A stretch of DNA of 64,000 nucleotides from positions 96,906,001 to 96,970,000 of the forward strand of contig NC_059425.1 of NCBI RefSeq assembly GCF_021028975.2, written 5' to 3'. The stretch is from Sphaerodactylus townsendi (lineage: Eukaryota). A program made the translations under genes and the position numbers. Positions 57,926 through 64,000 of this stretch are shown piece by piece. The notes under the pieces are model-generated. The model was not told where the DNA came from. It made no database searches and worked only from the letters and a program-made list of their open reading frames with translations. Numbering within the stretch: the stretch's first letter is position 1; each line of letters starts with the position of its first letter.

Positions 57926-60900
57926 GCCGTGTGCGCACTGAAGCCCGAATATGGACGAGTTGATCCAAATACCTTCTATTTGGATTGGCTCTGACTCAGG
58001 CAGGACGTATTCGGGCTGGATATGGCCTGAATGCAGCTGAATGGGCCTGAATTTGGCCCGAATAGGTGATTTGTTGCATCCAAATCACCAAGCCTAGTTG
58101 TGAGCAGATTCTCTGAGTGCCTGCAGGGTACAAAGTCCCCCAAGGAGGTTTCATCCCTGTGACCAGCTAGTATGGTCAATCTACAGCAACTCGTACATTA
58201 TTGCCTGGCCATTACAGGGACATCCCTTTTTATTTTTTCTTATTTTGTGTGTTGCATGTGCGTAGCTACGCAGCTGCACCCGATCATATTGTCGAATAAC
58301 CAGCATGGCTGCGGGGTTCATTTCTGTACGTCTGCAAATCTGCACATGTGTTATAGGAAACTAAAAAGAGAGAGAAGCATCTCTGTTTGAATGCACAAAA
58401 ACAACCCAAATTGTTTCCATGGGCTCCAATCGCTGCCTGAACAGGTGAAGGGCACACATGTGAATGAGAAAAAGGAAAACAGGTTCCTGTTGACTGCAAC
58501 CTGATATACATATGCTGTGCAGAATTCATAATACTCTAATAGTTCGATCACAATTGTAATCCACCTTGAGGCCCAGTTAGAAAGGTCACTGCCTACTTGG
58601 ATTGGTAGGGGAACTGGGTTGGCTTGACCTATTTTTAATGCTGATTTTATGTATTGATTTTTAATGGAATGTAAGCAGTCTCGAGCCTGGCTGAAGCCAG
58701 GCATGGGTTGGGTGTAAGTTAAACAAACAAATAAATGGTGGACTATGAATGAAAATAATTAAATAAAATGTGTTAAAAACAGAATTAAATCAAAATAGGT
58801 GATCTGAGATATATCACAATCCACATTAGAATAGGCCTGGTGTTCAATCTGTACCAAGAAGAAAAATTTAGAAAAGTTTGAGTCCCAGATGCATAAATGG
58901 TAAAGACTCCTCTTTTATGTTCCCATCTCTTCAACAACACGCTGTGGTACAGTCTGCTCTACTGGTTTCAGTGAAATATACTTGTAGTGAGGCATTCTGA
59001 AGACTGTTGGAGCAGTATAGTGATTAACTGTGTGAGGTACGCGAGACAGAAATCCTCAGTTCAAATCTCATTTCAGTCATGGATTTTCTGGATAGTGATT
59101 AACAAGCAGCTGACTCTCTGTCTTATCTCCAGTATATGCTGACCTTCCTCACCAGGTTGTTATAAGGATTTTTTTTCATCTAAATAATGCGTGTTTGAAC
59201 ATTTTAAAATAGTATATAGTATTATTACTTACAGAAATACCAGCAGCAAGAAATCAAACTTATTTGAGGTATGAAATTATTTCGTTTGGAGGCACCTAGT
59301 GTCCCTGAGGCCCTTTTGGCACAGCAAATGTATAGTGGGTTGCAGTTGGGATAAAGTAACCCACTTTCTTGTTTTTGCATTCACATACATCCATGCACAA
59401 ATGAACCCCTACGGCCATGCTGATGTCTCACGATACAGTGATACGACCATTTGCACCCACGTGGCTATGCAGATGTAAGCCAGGAAATTTAAAAAAAAGA
59501 AAGCACAGTCCGTCCGTTTGCTTGCAAGCAGCTGCAATTGGGATTTTTGACCTAGTTCTCCATATTAGAGTCCATCTGCTCTTAACCACTACTCCACACA
59601 GGCACCACTTTGTAGGAAGTCTAGTCTTTGACACTCCCATTTACCCCTTTAATGTGGATTTTAGTTAATGGTTTGGAGTTGACAAACTTGCAGTAGGGCT
59701 GGAGATCTATTGGAATTACAACTTTGGGGGAAGCTCACTATCATATGGCATTGTAACCTGCTGAACTACCTCTTCTCCCCAAACCCTGTCTCCCCAGTCT
59801 CCACTCAACGGCATCTTTAGAGACTTTTCAGCCAAGAGTTGGCAGTGGATACAGTCTTTGTGGATTAAAAACAACTTGCTCTCTTTATCCCACAATATTA
59901 GTTTTTGGGAGCTTTCTAACTATCTTTAATGATCTTCTACACTTGTAGTGAATTACTCAAGAACAGACACTAGAGAACGATTCTTGTCTGTGGGGACTTT
60001 TCTGAAAGGCCTTCCATCTGGATGGTTTATGAGTCCTATAAGCCCCAAGGTAAAGAAACAGAAAAACAGATTAATAGACATAGCAACCTTCCCCAAGTTA
60101 CTTACAGATAAACACAGCCTTGGGCATTTAGAAAGCTGGATGTACTACACCTTTAAATAGGTTGCTGGAAAGTGTGGCTGTTTCAGTTTAAACTATGCAG
60201 CTGAAGGCATACTGCTGTTTAATCTTTGCTGCTGCATGCCCACAAACAAGTCCAGGTACAGGTCCCCATCTTTATAAAGAATTACACATAGACTGGAAAC
60301 AATTTAGGCTTTAAAAGAACATTTTATTTTTCTCTATGCTGAAACAGGTATAGGTTAAAACCAAACCCATTTGCTGTATTATTGTGAGGATTATGCAAGA
60401 AATACATGATTACATAACTGATATTACATAGAAATGGGACAATAATGCTCCCTCTTCACCTCCATCCTCTTCACCCAAAGTGCAGGCCTATACAAGTAAG
60501 TGAAAATGGAGTATTTGATGACTACTGGTGAATCCCCCTACTTTTCCTCCTGTAAGCAACTTGTGTCAACCTATAAATATTAGTATTATCTGCTTGGAGC
60601 CTCTCAGTGGCCAGTAGAGAATGTTTCTATTAACCAGAATATTTAAAGTTCCAGATTTCAGTATTTTTCATTGTAATAATGTGCACCCAATTCAATTTAA
60701 TTAGATGCAAAGGTGGAGAGAACGAATTAGTGTAGAGACTGTGACACTGGAAATCCCAAATTTGACTTCTTTCAGTCATAATCTACCTTTGATACACTTT
60801 TTAGAAACTTCAAACTCAGAATTAGTTTAATATTGTTATTTAAATTACTTCTATGTTGTCTCAAATGATAAGGTTCTTGTAGTGATATACAATGATAAAA

Positions 60901-61139
60901 ACCATCAGTAACCAAATTATACTCTGTAAAAACCAATTAAACTACCTGCACAAATAATATTAGAATAATAAAAATAGCAGCAGCTAAAACTTAAAACATT
61001 TCAGTTTGGAAGTAATAGAACATTTCAATTGGGCAGTAATAGAAACAGCAGGACACAAATAGCATAGCAGCACTAAAACCTGTGGTTATAGGAAGCAGCA
61101 AAATCATCCACACGCACATAAAAATAAATAATGCAGCCA

Positions 61140-61430
61140 TTACACTGGTTTCCCATCCATTCCCAAGCCCAACTGAAGGTGCTGACTTTGTCCTTTAAAG
61201 CTATACAGGATTTGGGGCCAGGGTACCTGAAGGACCATAATCTCCCATGCCTCCCTGCCTGGGAATGAAGATCCCATGGGAGATCAGCCTATTGACTGAC
61301 CCACTAATGGTGGGCATACAAGCGAGGGGCTTTTGGGTGGCAAACCTACATTTGTGGAAGAGTCTCCCCAGGGAGGTTCACCTAGTCTGCCCACTTTCAA
61401 TCTTCAGTGACAAGGCAATCCCAACCAAAG
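61140..61430 (+). mobile_element. L2 LINE fragment
   Basis: LHWFPIHSQAQLKVLTLSFKAIQDLGPGYLKD matches the L2 LHWLP..FKVL..KAL..LGP.YL motif. Confidence 0.75.
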
Positions 61431-61444
61431 CAGTCTAATCTCTT

Positions 61445-61672
61445 CATTGGTAGAAGCTAGAGTAGTTAGAGTGCTACATCTGGGAAAACTCAGGTTTGAA
61501 TCCCCACTGTGACGTGAAAGCTCACTGGATTACTTTGGGCCAGGCAGTCTCATTCTAACCTACCTCACAAGGTTATTGTGAGGATAAAGTAGAGCAAGGG
61601 ACAATAGTGTTGTAAGCAGCTTTGGGTCCCCATTGGAGAGAAAAGTGGAATATAAATATCTAAATTAATAAA
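61445..61672 (+). mobile_element. tRNA/CORE-type squamate SINE, near full length
   Basis: B box ggtttgaatcc, core ctaacctacctcacaaggttattgtgaggataaa, and tail tgtaagcagctttggg..tataaat. Confidence 0.75.
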
Positions 61673-63035
61673 ATGATTGTTGAGTAAAAGCATCTCAGTT
61701 TTAGAATATTGGCCCCTGACTAGTCCATTACTACCCCAAACACTAAAATGCCCTCTGCAAACAGTAAACATCAAAGCAAAGATCCAGTCTAAGGAAGAAT
61801 TCCATTCTCAATTACAGGAAAAATAGTGGAATTTCTAAACAGAAGATGATTGTATTTCCTGCATTAAAAAGGGGGAGAAGAAAGTGTGGCTCAGGTAATC
61901 TCCTCCCTAAAACATAGTCTCCTCCCTAAATCTTACTGGACAAGGAGAAGGGGTGGTATAGGACCCTGGGGAAAGTTCCAAATGAAGTAAAAGAGGAAAG
62001 GATTCCAGGTGGGGAAGGTGTGTGTTTGAAGCCAATTTGACCTGATCAGTAAAGTGGGGCTTTTGAGAACAGTTCCAATAAACTATATTAGGATAACAAT
62101 CAGTTCAAGGCTGGAAATGAAACTGAGATTGACCACATGTGGATATGGAGCTTGTGTTTGGGAATTGGTAATGCAACAGGTGCTACTTTTAGTTAAAACA
62201 ATGATGGGAAGTCCTTGATGGACAGAATGGTGTGCAAACACTAGGACCCATTACACATGGAACATTTACCTTGGTTCTTCACTGCACAGTGGGGTTGTAA
62301 TGGGGACGCCTTGCGTTTCTCTGTTTACACTGGGCAGCTTGTCTGCTGAACTCTCCTGGGTCCGCTTTTCCTTGTTCTCTTAATAGTGCCCATCAACTCA
62401 CTCTTAGGTACAGATCTCATCACACCCACTAGTTTCAAGATTGCTGGCTTTGTAAAAGCTGTTTAATTACCTTTATAATATGCAAATGAAGTCTGAATAT
62501 TCATACGGCTGAACACCAATATTTTATCTGTTATTGTAGCATACCAAATTCCACGTAACATAGGTGGATTTGGCACAGCAGAATAATAATGGGTTACATT
62601 GGTTATTTTTGAATCTGGGTCTATTTTATTCCATTTTTGTCCTTCACAAGGGTGCCTATGTTCCTATGTTCCGTGAAGTAAACAATCCGTTTTCTTTTTG
62701 CCCCTTCACACAAACCTGCTATTTTTTTTTCAATGCAAATACGCAGGCGCAAACATTCAATTTTCCTGCATTCTGATTGGCTGTTCTATCACCACAGTTC
62801 CCCTTCCTGCCCTCTGCTAAGGGAACACTTCCAATTGGTGGAGAATCTACAGCAACCCTAGGAGCCCAAGCAGGACCTCCCCCTCCCATTTCTACAGTGT
62901 GGGGAAAAAATTAGGGCTTTGAAACCACAACACATGTAAACATGGAGCATGCAACCTCCCCTTGAACATTGTGATATACAAGATAATAAAATCTGTCTAA
63001 AAAGGGAGCAAAGCAATATGTTCCATCCACATCTA

Positions 63036-63110
63036 AAGGTGTGCATCCAAAAAATAAAAAAGGTGTGCATAAAAAAAAATAAAAAAGGTGTGCATCCAAA
63101 AAATAAAAAA
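63036..63110. repeat. ~25-bp tandem repeat x3
   Basis: Unit aaaggtgtgcat(cc)aaaaaataaa. Confidence 0.85.
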
Positions 63111-64000
63111 GGAAAGGAAACATTTGTTGTGAAGCAGTTGCTGTACACATTTGGGTGAAATGGTGCTCACAGTCGCTGCCAAGGGGATAAAACGTGCTTG
63201 GGGGATGTTTCTGAAATGGCAGGCTATCACACCAGTCAGCAGCTCAGCAGAAATGAGAAGGGGCGGTGGAGCAGAATAAATAAAGCAAGGCACACATGCT
63301 GTTTCTTTGGTAGTGGGTTCAACTTGGAATTTTTCAAAAAGGTAATGATTTTGGTGTTTTTTGAAAAACCCAGGTTGAGGAAAATATAACAGGTCAATCC
63401 TGCTTTGGGGAAGGAACCCATGTAAAGTTCTTCCCCAAACTAGAATATTCCCCTTCGTCAACCCATTATATTTCTACCATGCGGAATCCACCATAGTCTC
63501 CGTACATGGCAAAAGTTTCTAAAATGTCTTATATTGTGCCTATTGCATGGCTAAATTTTACACTCTGTCTTGAGTCTCAGTGAAGAAATATGAAGTAAAT
63601 TAATATAAAGAAAAATAAATATTTCTGTTTATTAAGCAGGATCATCCCATCCTTGCTTAAAACATGAACTCTCCGTTCAGCCTCATTGAATTTCCCTAAC
63701 TTAATTGCCACCCGAATTACAAGGCTTCCCTGCAACCATTCATTCCCAGTGGTCACTCTGTTTAATGGAGATTGAAGTCCCTCAGGGCAGAGTCTGTTGA
63801 CATTAAATAGATGTTAAATAATATTTGTAGCATCCATTATCACAGACTGCTGCTTTTCTGTGATTTCTTGGTCTGGAGATTGTCCTGGCACATTGCAGCT
63901 GTTGTTCTGCATCTGTTTCGTGTCATTTTCCATCCCTCTTACATTTTTTCATGACTTCTGTAATAGTTCTAGTTTATGATTTTCATTGGTATCTTTCAGC

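Noticed and set aside
57479-57994. Repetitive 171-aa ORF and overlapping ORFs
   Set aside because: They result from the stop-poor minisatellite and are open on both strands.

Overview
Vertebrate genomic DNA, most likely from a squamate reptile and probably a gecko (inferred from the repeat families). There is one 129-N gap at 54954-55082. I could not identify any host protein-coding gene, so the window looks intergenic or deep intronic. The main feature is the 3' ~4.8 kb of a tyrosine-recombinase (DIRS-order, Ngaro-like) retrotransposon on the + strand, whose 5' end lies outside the window. It carries a gag-like ORF with a zinc finger, an RT/RNase H ORF broken by a 1-nt frameshift, an intact tyrosine recombinase and an extra SGNH-hydrolase ORF. 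The hydrolase has no ATG ahead of its catalytic Ser, lies in the recombinase frame behind a single TAA, and follows a strong splice acceptor. That acceptor is in phase with a near-consensus donor inside gag, which predicts a spliced Gag-SGNH product. The rest of the window is a mosaic of decayed repeats: a head-to-tail stack of R4/Dong LINE 3' ends in (TAA)n microsatellites, Penelope-like fragments with minimal hammerhead ribozyme cores, 5S- and tRNA-derived SINEs, CR1/L2/L1/Vingi fragments, and Tc1/pogo, hAT and Harbinger-like MITEs. Most short ORFs in the supplied track are spurious.
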